Assembly (NCBI GenBank): GCA_017480565.1
Contig: JAFVAL010000050.1
Location: 22,429-86,428 of the forward strand
Length of the DNA: 64,000 nt
Direction of reading: 5' to 3'
DNA from: Lachnospiraceae bacterium
GTDB taxonomy: Bacteria; Bacillota; Clostridia; Lachnospirales; Lachnospiraceae
Both the position numbers and the translations under genes were made by a program. Below, piece after piece: positions 47,440 to 57,036 of the stretch. Below the pieces are notes generated by a model, which was not told the origin of the DNA, did no database searches, and saw nothing but the letters and a program-made list of their open reading frames with translations. Positions within the stretch are counted from its first letter, which is position 1. Each line of letters starts with the position of its first letter.

Positions 47440-47470
47440 CCGCCTGTAAAGAAAAAAACTTTACAGGCGG
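47440..47470 (+). promoter_or_regulatory. 12-bp leader hairpin immediately upstream of ylxM
   Basis: ccgcctgtaaag-A7-ctttacaggcgg, followed by tgctttt and then the ATG. The right arm covers the only purine-rich RBS-like stretch (AGGCGG). Confidence 0.45.
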
Positions 47471-47477
47471 TGCTTTT

Positions 47478-47861
47478 ATGAGTATGATAGAGGATGTGCA
47501 TCTGACACCGGAAGATGAGATTGACCAAAGACTTTATCTTGTTACATTATTTGATTTCTACGGCGCGCTTTTAAAAGAGAATCAACGTGCTGCATTTGAG
47601 GGATCCATACTGGAAGATCTGTCTTTATCAGAAATCGCTGAGGAGATGGAGATTAGCAGGCAGGGTGTACATGACCTCGTGAAAAGAACTTGTAGGCAGC
47701 TTGAATCCTATGAAGAAAGGCTTCGTCTGGTTGAAAAGTTCCAGATTATCAAGTCCAAGATTGAAACCCTAAATCAAAGGATGATGACATATCATAACCT
47801 TCCTGAAGAAGAGGCAAGAGAGATTCAAGATACACTCAGGGAGATTTTGGAGGAAATCTAA
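47478..47861 (+). CDS. ylxM: YlxM/p13-like putative DNA-binding protein (UPF0122)
   Basis: Has LFDFYGALL and LSEIAEEMEISRQGVHD (sigma-70 region-4-like HTH). Conserved position upstream of ffh. Confidence 0.8.
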   Translation: MSMIEDVHLTPEDEIDQRLYLVTLFDFYGALLKENQRAAFEGSILEDLSLSEIAEEMEISRQGVHDLVKRTCRQLESYEERLRLVEKFQIIKSKIETLNQRMMTYHNLPEEEAREIQDTLREILEEI

Positions 47862-49214
47862 GTGGCATTCGAGAGTTTATCCGATAAATTTGAAAATGTA
47901 TTTAAGAACCTGCGCAGCAAGGGACGGCTGGATGAGGATGATGTTAAGGCCGCATTAAAAGAAGTCAAGATTGCGCTTCTGGAAGCGGATGTCAACTTCA
48001 AAGTCGTCAAGCAGTTTGTAAAAACGGTGCAGGAGCGCGCGATCGGCGCGGATGTGATGAACAGTCTGACCCCAGGTCAGATGGTCATAAAGATCGTCAA
48101 TCAGGAACTGATCAATCTGATGGGTTCTGAGACGACAGAGCTTAAGTTAAAGCCTGGTAATGAGACAACCGTCATCTTGATGTGTGGTCTGCAGGGTGCC
48201 GGTAAGACGACGACGGTTGCGAAGATCGGCGGGAAGTTAAAGGCAAAGGGTAAGAGCCCGCTTTTGGTTGCCTGCGATGTGTACCGTCCGGCGGCGATCA
48301 AGCAGCTGCAGGTCAACGGGGAGAAGATGGGGGTTCCGGTTTTCTCGATGGGAGATAACCAGAACCCGGTGAATATTGCGAAGGCGGCGATCGAACACGC
48401 GAAGAAGAATGGCAACAACGTTGTTCTTTTAGATACCGCGGGACGTCTTCATATCGATGAGGATATGATGCACGAGTTGGAGGCGATCAAGGCTGCGGTG
48501 ACGGTTGATCAGACAGTCCTTGTGGTCGATGCGATGACCGGTCAGGATGCGGTCAATGTTGCGAATACATTTGCGGAGCGGATCGGGATCGACGGCGTGA
48601 TTTTGACGAAGCTCGACGGTGATACCAGAGGCGGTGCGGCGTTGTCAATTCGTGCCGTGACCGGAAAGCCGATTCTCTATGTCGGTATGGGCGAGAAGCT
48701 TTCGGATCTCGAGCAGTTTTATCCGGATCGTATGGCTTCCAGAATCCTCGGCATGGGCGATGTGCTTTCGCTGATTGACAAAGCGGAGCAGATGAACATT
48801 GATGAGGAGAAAGCCAAGGAGATGGAGCGCAAGCTTCGCAAGGCGGAATTCGATTTCAATGATTATCTGGAGCAGATGCAGCAGATGAAGCAGATGGGAG
48901 GTATTCAGGAGATCCTTTCGATGCTTCCCGGTGCGAATTCTGCAAAGATCGGGGATCTTTCGGGGTCGGAGGATGCGCTGAAGAAGATGGAGAGCATCAT
49001 TTACTCGATGACCAAGGAAGAGAGAGCGAACCCGAACCTCATCAACATGTCTCGCAAGCAGAGAATTGCCAAAGGCGCCGGTGTGGATATCGCAGATGTC
49101 AACCGGATGATGAAGCAGTTTGAGCAGAGCAAGAAGATGATGAAGCAAATGAGCGGTATGATGTCCGGGAAGAACCGCAGACGTGGAGGATTTAAACTCC
49201 CGTTCGGACTGTAA
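47862..49214 (+). CDS. ffh: Signal recognition particle protein Ffh
   Basis: GTG start directly after the ylxM stop. GLQGAGKTTT, DTAGR and TKLDGDTRGG motifs, plus a Met-rich M domain. Confidence 0.95.
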   Translation: MAFESLSDKFENVFKNLRSKGRLDEDDVKAALKEVKIALLEADVNFKVVKQFVKTVQERAIGADVMNSLTPGQMVIKIVNQELINLMGSETTELKLKPGNETTVILMCGLQGAGKTTTVAKIGGKLKAKGKSPLLVACDVYRPAAIKQLQVNGEKMGVPVFSMGDNQNPVNIAKAAIEHAKKNGNNVVLLDTAGRLHIDEDMMHELEAIKAAVTVDQTVLVVDAMTGQDAVNVANTFAERIGIDGVILTKLDGDTRGGAALSIRAVTGKPILYVGMGEKLSDLEQFYPDRMASRILGMGDVLSLIDKAEQMNIDEEKAKEMERKLRKAEFDFNDYLEQMQQMKQMGGIQEILSMLPGANSAKIGDLSGSEDALKKMESIIYSMTKEERANPNLINMSRKQRIAKGAGVDIADVNRMMKQFEQSKKMMKQMSGMMSGKNRRRGGFKLPFGL

Positions 49215-49279
49215 GACGTGATCAATGGGGAACCATTTATCATAGAGTTATTTCATAAATGAGTTGGAGGAAAAAAACA

Positions 49280-49522
49280 ATGGCAGTAAAGATCAGATTA
49301 AAGAGAATGGGACAGAAGAAGGCACCTTACTATAGAGTAGTTGTTGCTGATGCAAGAGCTCCCAGAGATGGAAGATTCATCGAGGAGATCGGTACTTATG
49401 ATCCCAGCAAAGAGCCGAGTGCATTCGTTGTTGATGCTGAGAAGGCAAAACAGTGGATTGCAAACGGCGCACAGCCTACTGAGACTGTTGGCAAGCTGTT
49501 AAAGGCTACTGGAATTCTGTAA
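49280..49522 (+). CDS. rpsP: 30S ribosomal protein S16
   Basis: [35 protein letters not shown] is canonical S16. The track's 7 extra codons overlap the RBS. Confidence 0.92.
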   Translation: MAVKIRLKRMGQKKAPYYRVVVADARAPRDGRFIEEIGTYDPSKEPSAFVVDAEKAKQWIANGAQPTETVGKLLKATGIL

Positions 49523-49535
49523 TTCGGAGGATCTG

Positions 49536-49766
49536 ATGAAAGAACTGGTGAAAACGATAGCCTCTGCTCTCGTGGATCATCCGGAAGATGTCGTAGTAAC
49601 TGAAACCGAGAACGAGAATGGAATCTTGGTGGAACTGAGAGTTGCTCCCGATGATATGGGAAAGGTGATCGGCAAGCAGGGCAGAATCGCGAAAGCGATC
49701 CGCAGCGTAGTCAAAGCCGCTGCATCGAAGGACGACAAGAAAGTCACGGTGGACATTGTCCAGTAA
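49536..49766 (+). CDS. KH-domain RNA-binding protein (YlqC-like)
   Basis: 76 aa with a GKVIGKQGRIAKAIR KH motif. Conserved position between rpsP and rimM. Confidence 0.8.
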   Translation: MKELVKTIASALVDHPEDVVVTETENENGILVELRVAPDDMGKVIGKQGRIAKAIRSVVKAAASKDDKKVTVDIVQ

Positions 49767-49839
49767 TCGTTGTCAGAAACGGATCTCGGAAGGCAGAATC
49801 TCTGTCTTCCGACTTGCATTTTAAGGGATAAGTGAGTGT

Positions 49840-50355
49840 ATGAACAAAGATGAAATGCTGCGCGTAGGTGTGTTTTCATCCACGCATGGTGTGCATGGCG
49901 AGATCAAAGTATTTCCCACCACGGACGATCCATCCCGTTTTGAGGAGCTTGAGACGGTCTATCTGGATACCCCGAAGGAACTGAAGAAACTGACGATTGC
50001 CGGTGTAAAGTTTTTTAAGGGTATGGTGATCTTAAAGTTCAAAGAGTTTGACGACATCAATCTGATTGAACCTTACAAGGGCTGTGACCTTTTGATCACG
50101 AGAGATCAGGCGGTGCCCCTTGCGGAAAATGAAGTCTTTATCTTCGATATTTTAGGCGCAAAGGTGGTCGATGAGTCGGGTAATGAACTTGGCGAGCTCT
50201 CAGAGATTTTAACGACCGGGGCCAATGATGTGTACGTGGTAAAACGTAAAGGAAAGAAAGAGCTTTTACTTCCTTCGATTCCTTCCTGCATTCTGGATGT
50301 CAACACAGATGAGAAGGTCGTCACGGTTCATGTGCTTCCGGGACTGGAGGATTAG
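49840..50355 (+). CDS. rimM: 16S rRNA processing protein RimM
   Basis: GVHGEIKV and the PRC-barrel C-terminus. Sits in the rpsP-rimM-trmD-rplS synteny. Confidence 0.85.
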   Translation: MNKDEMLRVGVFSSTHGVHGEIKVFPTTDDPSRFEELETVYLDTPKELKKLTIAGVKFFKGMVILKFKEFDDINLIEPYKGCDLLITRDQAVPLAENEVFIFDILGAKVVDESGNELGELSEILTTGANDVYVVKRKGKKELLLPSIPSCILDVNTDEKVVTVHVLPGLED

Positions 50356-50357
50356 AG

Positions 50358-51137
50358 ATGTCTGAGAAGCCGGTACATTACACGGTGATGACGTTATTTC
50401 CGGAGATGATCGAGGCTGGACTTCATACGAGTATCCTCGGGAAAGCAGAGGAAAATGGGATCTTAAAGATCGACACGGTCAACATCCGGGACTATACTGA
50501 GAACAAGCATAAGCGTGTGGATGATTATCCGTACGGCGGCGGTGCCGGCATGGTGATGCAGGCGGAACCGATCTGGCATACGTACGAGGCTTTGTTTGGC
50601 GAGAGGCTCAAAGAAGGAAAAAAGCCGAGGCTCATTTATCTAAGCCCGCAGGGGCACGTGTTTGATCAGAAGCTTGCGGATGAACTTTCCAAGGAAGAAG
50701 AGCTTGTCTTTCTTTGCGGTCACTACGAGGGTGTCGATGAGCGCGTGCTGGAGATGATCGTCACAGATACGGTTTCGATCGGAGATTATGTGCTGACCGG
50801 CGGAGAGCTGCCTGCGATGGTCATGATCGATGCGATTGCAAGGCTGATTCCCGGCGTTCTTGGCAATGAAGCTTCCTGGGCGGAAGATGAATCGTTCCGC
50901 GGAGATTTGCTGGAATATCCGCAGTATTCCAGGCCAGAAGAGTTTATGGGAATGCGGGTTCCGGAGGTGCTTTTGTCCGGGCATCATGCGAAGATTGAAG
51001 CCTGGAGAAGAGAACAATCGATCAAGAGAACCGCGAAGATGCGGCCGGATCTTTTAGAGAAAGCAGATTTGACGCAAAAAGAGCGAGAACTCGCGAAAAA
51101 ATACTTGCAATCGGAAGATCCCTATGATAAAGTGTAA
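50358..51137 (+). CDS. trmD: tRNA (guanine37-N1)-methyltransferase
   Basis: [13 protein letters not shown] and [10 protein letters not shown] motifs. Confidence 0.92.
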   Translation: MSEKPVHYTVMTLFPEMIEAGLHTSILGKAEENGILKIDTVNIRDYTENKHKRVDDYPYGGGAGMVMQAEPIWHTYEALFGERLKEGKKPRLIYLSPQGHVFDQKLADELSKEEELVFLCGHYEGVDERVLEMIVTDTVSIGDYVLTGGELPAMVMIDAIARLIPGVLGNEASWAEDESFRGDLLEYPQYSRPEEFMGMRVPEVLLSGHHAKIEAWRREQSIKRTAKMRPDLLEKADLTQKERELAKKYLQSEDPYDKV

Positions 51138-51219
51138 TTTGTTGTGAATACCAGATGGTCCTCTGTTGCAGCGTGTGCTGGCATTAAGAACGTCGATTAT
51201 GTAAAGGAGGTCACACACG

Positions 51220-51567
51220 ATGAATGATATTATTAAGAATATCGAAGATGCGCAGTTAAAGGCTGAGGTTACCAAGTTTAACGTTGGTGATACCGTAAGA
51301 GTTCATGCGAAGGTTATCGAGGGTGCTCGTGAGAGAATCCAGATCTTTGAAGGCGTTGTTCTGAAGAGACAGGGCGGCGGCGCAAGAGAGACCTTTACCG
51401 TTAGAAAGACTTCGAACGGAATCGGCGTTGAGAAGACATGGCCTCTTCATTCCCCGATCGTGGACAAGATTGAAGTTGTCCGCAGAGGTAAAGTCAGAAG
51501 AGCGAAACTCAACTATTTACGTGGCCGTGTAGGCAAAGCTGCGAAGGTAAAAGAATTAGTAAGATAA
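51220..51567 (+). CDS. rplS: 50S ribosomal protein L19
   Basis: [10 protein letters not shown]...[10 protein letters not shown]...FTVRK is canonical L19. Confidence 0.92.
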   Translation: MNDIIKNIEDAQLKAEVTKFNVGDTVRVHAKVIEGARERIQIFEGVVLKRQGGGARETFTVRKTSNGIGVEKTWPLHSPIVDKIEVVRRGKVRRAKLNYLRGRVGKAAKVKELVR

Positions 51568-51636
51568 GATTTTTACCATGGGGAGGGACACATTGTGTCC
51601 CTCAATTACGTTATACGATTTTTTGGAGTAATCAGG

Positions 51637-52227
51637 ATGGATCGAAACATCAGATTATATGATGAGCCTTCGCGGGCGAAAAAGGTGGTCATTGAAGGGA
51701 TCGTCCTGCTCGTGATCCTGGTGATTGCGGCAGGGCTTGCCTTCTTGCTGGTGCATTTTTGTACGGATCAGATTAAGATGCCCGGAAAGTCCATGCAAGA
51801 GACCTTAGAAGAAGGGGATCTTCTTCTTATCAATACCGTCGCGTATAAGCTTGGCAATCCCAGGCGAGGCGATGTGATTGTCTATCAGGCGGAAGATACG
51901 GGCGCTTTTAGTGTCAAGCGTGTTGTTGGACTTCCCGGCGACACCGTGCAGATCAAGGAAGGAAAGCTGTACGTTAACAATACGGAGTATGCAGAGACGA
52001 CGAAAGTCGATTTGATGCAGTCTTCCGGTCTTGCCTCGGAAGCGATCGTGATTCCGGAGGAGATGTATTTTGTCCTCGGAGATAACCGCAACAATAGTGA
52101 GGACAGCCGGTTTGCTTCTGTCGGCAATATCAAGCGGTCTCAGATTCTGGGGAAGGCTTATCTGCGCCTTTCTCCGAAGTTTAATTTCATCGATAAATTA
52201 GGGTTAGAAGGTAAAAATGGCGACTAA
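51637..52227 (+). CDS. lepB: Signal peptidase I (copy 1)
   Basis: Catalytic Ser in GKSMQETL and Lys in KRVVGLPGD, plus GDNRNNSEDSR. Start at the ATG 8 nt after GGAG. Confidence 0.8.
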   Translation: MDRNIRLYDEPSRAKKVVIEGIVLLVILVIAAGLAFLLVHFCTDQIKMPGKSMQETLEEGDLLLINTVAYKLGNPRRGDVIVYQAEDTGAFSVKRVVGLPGDTVQIKEGKLYVNNTEYAETTKVDLMQSSGLASEAIVIPEEMYFVLGDNRNNSEDSRFASVGNIKRSQILGKAYLRLSPKFNFIDKLGLEGKNGD

Positions 52228-53080
52228 CACGAACATACAGTGGTATCCGGGGCATATGACGAAAGCCAGAAGGATGATGGAGGAGAGCATCAAGCTCATC
52301 GACATCGTCGTTGAACTGGTCGATGCCAGAGTGCCTTATTCCAGCAAGAATCCGGATATCGATGCCTTGGCAAATGGCAAGGCAAGGCTGATTTTGCTTA
52401 ATAAATCAGACCTTGCAGACCCGGAGCAGACAAAGGCGTGGAAGAAATGGTACGAAGCGCAGGGATTTTTCGCGGCAACGATCAATTCCCGCAACACGGG
52501 CGATGCAAGAGGGGTCACAAACCTCATTCAGGAAGCCTGCAAGGAGATCATAGAGCGCAATGCGAGAAAAGGAATTAAAAATCGTCCGATTCGTGCGATG
52601 ATCGTGGGCATTCCGAATGTGGGAAAGTCCACCTTTATCAACAGTTTTGCAGGACGTGCAGCGGCTAAGACCGGCAATACACCTGGCGTGACGAAGGGGA
52701 AGCAGTGGATTCGTTTAAATAAAAACGTGGAGCTTTTAGACACGCCTGGCATTCTTTGGCCGAAGTTTGAAGATCAGGAAGTCGGAAAGAAACTTGCCTA
52801 TATCGGTTCGATCCGTGACGAAGTGCTAGATGCAAGCGATCTGGCGTATTCATTTTTAGAATATTTAAGAGAAGAATATCCGGAGAATCTTATCAAGCGG
52901 TATGCACTGACCGAGCTGACGCCTACGATCGCGATGATGGATCAGATCGGAAAGGCCAGAGGGTGCTTAAAGGCTGGCGCTGAGATCGATTACGACAAGA
53001 CCGCTGCCGTAATCTTGGATGATTTTCGGAAAGGTGCTCTCGGACGCATCACGCTTGAGAGACCGAGTGAAGGACTGTAA
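52217..53080 (+). CDS. rbgA: Ribosome biogenesis GTPase A (YlqF/RbgA), circularly permuted GTPase
   Basis: IQWYPGHM, then NKSD preceding GIPNVGKST (permuted G4-G1 order) and DTPG. Confidence 0.88.
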   Translation: MATNTNIQWYPGHMTKARRMMEESIKLIDIVVELVDARVPYSSKNPDIDALANGKARLILLNKSDLADPEQTKAWKKWYEAQGFFAATINSRNTGDARGVTNLIQEACKEIIERNARKGIKNRPIRAMIVGIPNVGKSTFINSFAGRAAAKTGNTPGVTKGKQWIRLNKNVELLDTPGILWPKFEDQEVGKKLAYIGSIRDEVLDASDLAYSFLEYLREEYPENLIKRYALTELTPTIAMMDQIGKARGCLKAGAEIDYDKTAAVILDDFRKGALGRITLERPSEGL

Positions 53081-53081
53081 G

Positions 53082-53639
53082 ATGGCAGAAGAGAAAAGAT
53101 ATCGCGATATGACGCCAAAGGAGAAGCTGCACGAGTGGCTGTTAACGCTTTTGTATCTTGCCATTGGTGCTGCGCTTGCACTCATCATATCGAACGTTTT
53201 TATTCAAAAAGTGACCGTAGAAGGAAGTTCTATGGTGGAGACCCTGGAAGAGGGAGATGCGCTCTTTGGCGTCAGAAAGATTGTCTTGTACCGCGATGTA
53301 AAGCGATTTGATATCGTTGTGATCGATATGGGAGACGAAGGCCTGTTTGTAAAACGTGTCATCGGACTGCCGGGCGAAACGATCCAGATCGAGGATCAAA
53401 CCATTTACATCAATGGGCAGGTCTTGGACGAGTCTTACGGATCAAGTCTGATGCGAAGTCCCGGGATTGCGAAAGATCCTATTACCCTTGGGGAAAATGA
53501 ATACTTTGTGCTTGGAGATAACAGAGCCAACAGCCGAGACAGCAGAGACCCTTCGGTCGGGATCATTTCCGAGAAGCAAATCCAGTCAAAACTGGGGCTT
53601 CGGATCTTTCCTTTTAGAAAGTTTGGAATTGTAAAATGA
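53082..53639 (+). CDS. lepB: Signal peptidase I (copy 2)
   Basis: GSSMVETL, KRVIGLPGE and GDNRANSRDSR. The ATG lies 1 nt after the ylqF stop. Confidence 0.8.
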   Translation: MAEEKRYRDMTPKEKLHEWLLTLLYLAIGAALALIISNVFIQKVTVEGSSMVETLEEGDALFGVRKIVLYRDVKRFDIVVIDMGDEGLFVKRVIGLPGETIQIEDQTIYINGQVLDESYGSSLMRSPGIAKDPITLGENEYFVLGDNRANSRDSRDPSVGIISEKQIQSKLGLRIFPFRKFGIVK

Positions 53640-54418
53640 TTGAGTCAATCAAGAACATTGAAATGAAGCTAAAGAATTTGCCTCTGGATGAGATTCCCGA
53701 GGCGATTCTTGCCTATCGGGACGATGAGCGGGCAAGCGTTCAGAAGCTTCTTAACTCGTACCTGAAGAAGAAAGAGAAACTGGACGCAGAGCGTGCCAGA
53801 ATGGAGAAGATGTTTCTCTATGAGCGTCAATATGCAGACTATAAAGCGATCTGTGGGATTGATGAAGTCGGGCGTGGTCCGCTTGCGGGGCCTGTGACTG
53901 CGTGTGCCGTGATCTTACCCAAGGATTGTAAATTATTGTATCTGAATGATTCCAAGCAGCTGACGGCCGCAAAGAGAGAGGAACTCTATGACGAGATCCT
54001 TGCAGAGGCAGTCGGTGTGGGAATCGGGACGGTCGGTCCAGACGTGATCGATGAGATCAACATCTTGCAGGCAACCTATCAGGCGATGCGCATTGCAGTA
54101 GGGTCTTTGCCTGTGCAGCCGGATCTGCTGTTAAATGATGCGGTGACGATCCCAGGACTTCCAATGCGGCAGGTACCAATCATCAAGGGCGATGCCAAAA
54201 GTGCATCGATTGCAGCGGCTTCGATTGTGGCAAAGGTGACGCGTGACCGACTGATGTGTGAGTATGATAAGCAGTATCCGGGCTATGATTTTGCTGGAAA
54301 TAAAGGCTATGGCAGTGCTGCACACATCGCTGCGTTAAAAGAAATCGGCCCTTGCCCGATTCACAGACGCAGCTTTATCACACATTTTGTGGAGGAAGAT
54401 GTAGATGCCGCAGAATAA
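53636..54418 (+). CDS. rnhB: Ribonuclease HII
   Basis: GIDEVGRGPLAGPV, DSKQL and GYGSAAH motifs. Confidence 0.9.
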   Translation: MIESIKNIEMKLKNLPLDEIPEAILAYRDDERASVQKLLNSYLKKKEKLDAERARMEKMFLYERQYADYKAICGIDEVGRGPLAGPVTACAVILPKDCKLLYLNDSKQLTAAKREELYDEILAEAVGVGIGTVGPDVIDEINILQATYQAMRIAVGSLPVQPDLLLNDAVTIPGLPMRQVPIIKGDAKSASIAAASIVAKVTRDRLMCEYDKQYPGYDFAGNKGYGSAAHIAALKEIGPCPIHRRSFITHFVEEDVDAAE

Positions 54419-54752
54419 TCATGCGACCGGCATCCGGCAGGAAGAGATCGCTGCACGTTATTTGCGGGAGCAAGGCTATCTGATTCTGGAACACAATTAT
54501 CGCACAAGAACCGGGGAGATCGATCTGATCGGACTGGACGAGCATACGTTGTGTTTTATTGAGGTGAAGTATCGCAGTTCACGCATCAGCGGGGATCCCG
54601 GTGAGAGCATTACGCCCTTCAAACAGAGCAAAATCAGGCGGTGTGCGATGGAATATCTGCAGAGGAATCGGTATGAGATGGAGACACCCTGCAGGTTTGA
54701 CGCAGTTCTGATTTTTGGAAATGAAATACAACTGATTAAGGATGCATTTTGA
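54405..54752 (+). CDS. YraN family (UPF0102) endonuclease-like protein
   Basis: GEIDLI...FIEVKYR motif. 115 aa, in the conserved position after rnhB. Confidence 0.8.
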   Translation: MPQNNHATGIRQEEIAARYLREQGYLILEHNYRTRTGEIDLIGLDEHTLCFIEVKYRSSRISGDPGESITPFKQSKIRRCAMEYLQRNRYEMETPCRFDAVLIFGNEIQLIKDAF

Positions 54753-55627
54753 TGAAGATTATTACGAAAAATCCTTATACGGGAGAAGTCTATCACAGTG
54801 AGGGGGAGACGGTGCTTCACGAGGGAAAGACACCTTACCTGACGTTTTCTGCATTTGAGAGCTTGCCCTGGATTCGCCATGGCTTTTCCACAAGACTTGG
54901 TGGCGTGAGCACTGGAGACTGTGAAAGCATGAATCTCAGCTTTTCTCGCGGAGATGATCCCTCTTGCGTGGAAGAAAATTTTATGTGCATCGCATCAGCG
55001 ATTGGGTTTGATATAAAAGATATCGTATTCTCTGATCAGATCCACAAGACGGATCTGCACGTTGCAACAAAGTCGGATTGTGCTGGGGAGGATCTTGCAA
55101 AGAAGAAACTGGAAGGCATCGATGGGCTTCTGACAGACGAACCACATGTGGTGCTTGCGACCTCTTATGCCGATTGTGTCCCTCTGTTTTTTGTAGATCC
55201 AACGCACAAAGCCATTGCTTCTTCACATTCCGGTTGGCGCGGCACAGTCGCAAAGATCGGTGAAAAAACCGTGAAAGCGATGACTGAAACATTTGGCTCG
55301 GATCCGAAAGATCTGATCGTCGTCATTGGGCCTTCGATCTGCACAGCCTGTTATGAGGTCAGTGAGGAGGTTGCGGAAGCATTTCGTAAAGCCTATACGG
55401 CAGATGCCTGCGGACGGTTCTTATACGAAAAAGGGAACGGAAAATATCAGCTGGATCTTTGGCTTGCCTGCAAGATTGCACTGATAGAGGCCGGGGTGAA
55501 GGAAGAAAATGTGCACATTTCAGGCGCATGCACCTGCTGCAATGCCAAGATGCTCTGGAGCCATCGTGCGACCAAGGGTAGAAGGGGCAATATGCTGGGA
55601 TTTTTGGAGAAAATAGAGTTAGAATAA
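54749..55627 (+). CDS. pgeF: Peptidoglycan editing factor PgeF / YfiH (laccase-domain) family
   Basis: Has QIHK, TADC(V)P-like YADCVPLFF, HSGWRGT and CTCC motifs. Confidence 0.8.
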   Translation: MMKIITKNPYTGEVYHSEGETVLHEGKTPYLTFSAFESLPWIRHGFSTRLGGVSTGDCESMNLSFSRGDDPSCVEENFMCIASAIGFDIKDIVFSDQIHKTDLHVATKSDCAGEDLAKKKLEGIDGLLTDEPHVVLATSYADCVPLFFVDPTHKAIASSHSGWRGTVAKIGEKTVKAMTETFGSDPKDLIVVIGPSICTACYEVSEEVAEAFRKAYTADACGRFLYEKGNGKYQLDLWLACKIALIEAGVKEENVHISGACTCCNAKMLWSHRATKGRRGNMLGFLEKIELE

Positions 55628-55631
55628 AACG

Positions 55632-55668
55632 AAAAGGGTTCAACACATCACTGTGCGTGAACCCTTTT
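55632..55668. terminator. Bidirectional rho-independent terminator
   Basis: aaaagggttca / tgaaccctttt arms with A-runs and T-runs. Confidence 0.6.
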
Positions 55669-55692
55669 GACTTCTCAAAACATGTGAAAGAG

Positions 55693-56868
55693 TCATTTTT
55701 TCGCATCCAGCAGATCCTGGATCTTCTGCGTCGTATTGATGATCTCGTCGACGCTGCAGTCGTGGTTGATGGTATCGATGATGAGCGTAATGTACTCGGT
55801 CAGATCCACCTGTGAATAATACGGCTTGGTAAATGCTTCCGGCGGTGTCCAGGTGAGATTGGTGGTGAAGATCTGGTCAAAGACACCATCCTGATAGTAC
55901 TGGTCGAAGACCTTGAAGCCTTTGTTGAATAGGCCGAAGGTGCAGCAGATGAAGATGCGCTTTGCATTGCGCTTTTTCAGCTCTTTTGCGACGTCGCACA
56001 TGCTCTCTCCGGAGGAGATCATGTCGTCGATGATCAGCACGTCTTTGCCTGCGACATCATTTCCAAGGAATTCGTGAGCAACGATCGGGTTGCGGCCGTC
56101 GACAACAGTGGAGTAGTCTCTGCGCTTATAGAACATACCCATGTTGACGCCCATCATGGTTGCATAGTAGACAGCGCGGCTCATACCGCCTTCGTCCGGG
56201 CTAATGGTCATGAGATGTTCTTTATCAATGATGATGTCCGGAACGACTTCCAAAATCTTTTCGATGAACTGATAAGAGGTAAAGAAGTTGTCAAAGCTCA
56301 GCCCCGGAATCGCATTCGATACACGCGGATCATGTGCATCAAAGGTAATGAAGTTTTCAACGCCCATGTTGGCGAGTTCCTGCAGCATCAGTGCACAGTC
56401 CAAGGACTCCGGACGGCTTCTGCGGTGCTGGCGGCCTTCATAAAGGAAGGGCATGATGACGTTGATACGGCGGGTCATGCCGACGGAGGCTGCGATCACA
56501 CGCTTTAAGTCTGCAAATCGATCATCCGGTGATGTGCGGTTTGCCACTTGGTTCATTGTGTACGTACCGGAATTATTGACCGGGTCACAATAGATAAAAA
56601 GGTCCGTACCGCGGATCGACTCCTTGATCTGGCCTTTGCCTTCGCCGGAACCAAAACGGTTCACGACATAATCGACGCGGAAATCATCGCGCAGATAGCC
56701 GGGCGTCTGTGCCTGATGGCTATTGGGATTGGCAAGGACTCTCGCACGTCTTTTTTCAACAAGCAGCTTGTTGATGGCAGTGCCCATCTCTTCGGAACCA
56801 GGAGTTGCAATAAAACGAAGAGGAGCCACGGGGGTGGACTCTTGTAAAGATTTATGAATCATGATCAT
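55693..56868 (-). CDS. prs: Ribose-phosphate pyrophosphokinase family, long (391 aa) form
   Basis: PRPP-binding loop VLIIDDMISSGES and DAHD motif. It is longer than the canonical ~315 aa Prs. Confidence 0.75.
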   Translation of the reverse strand: MIMIHKSLQESTPVAPLRFIATPGSEEMGTAINKLLVEKRRARVLANPNSHQAQTPGYLRDDFRVDYVVNRFGSGEGKGQIKESIRGTDLFIYCDPVNNSGTYTMNQVANRTSPDDRFADLKRVIAASVGMTRRINVIMPFLYEGRQHRRSRPESLDCALMLQELANMGVENFITFDAHDPRVSNAIPGLSFDNFFTSYQFIEKILEVVPDIIIDKEHLMTISPDEGGMSRAVYYATMMGVNMGMFYKRRDYSTVVDGRNPIVAHEFLGNDVAGKDVLIIDDMISSGESMCDVAKELKKRNAKRIFICCTFGLFNKGFKVFDQYYQDGVFDQIFTTNLTWTPPEAFTKPYYSQVDLTEYITLIIDTINHDCSVDEIINTTQKIQDLLDAKK

Positions 56869-57036
56869 TCCCTCAATTGTTTCTTAGGTAACTTGGCACT
56901 TTCATTTATAGCATTTCTACCGGACTACCGTCAAGAACGTGAAGGGGAGAACTTGAAAAAATGCAAGGTTATGATATGATGGAGGAGTGAAAAGATCAGA
57001 ATCTTTAAGATGTAGTTTTTAGAAGTGAGTGAAAGT

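Noticed and set aside
51138-51219. L19 ribosomal-protein leader upstream of rplS
   Set aside because: An 82-nt spacer with some pairing potential (cgtgtg with cacacg around the SD). I cannot match it to the Rfam L19-leader structure by eye. It needs a covariance-model search before being claimed.
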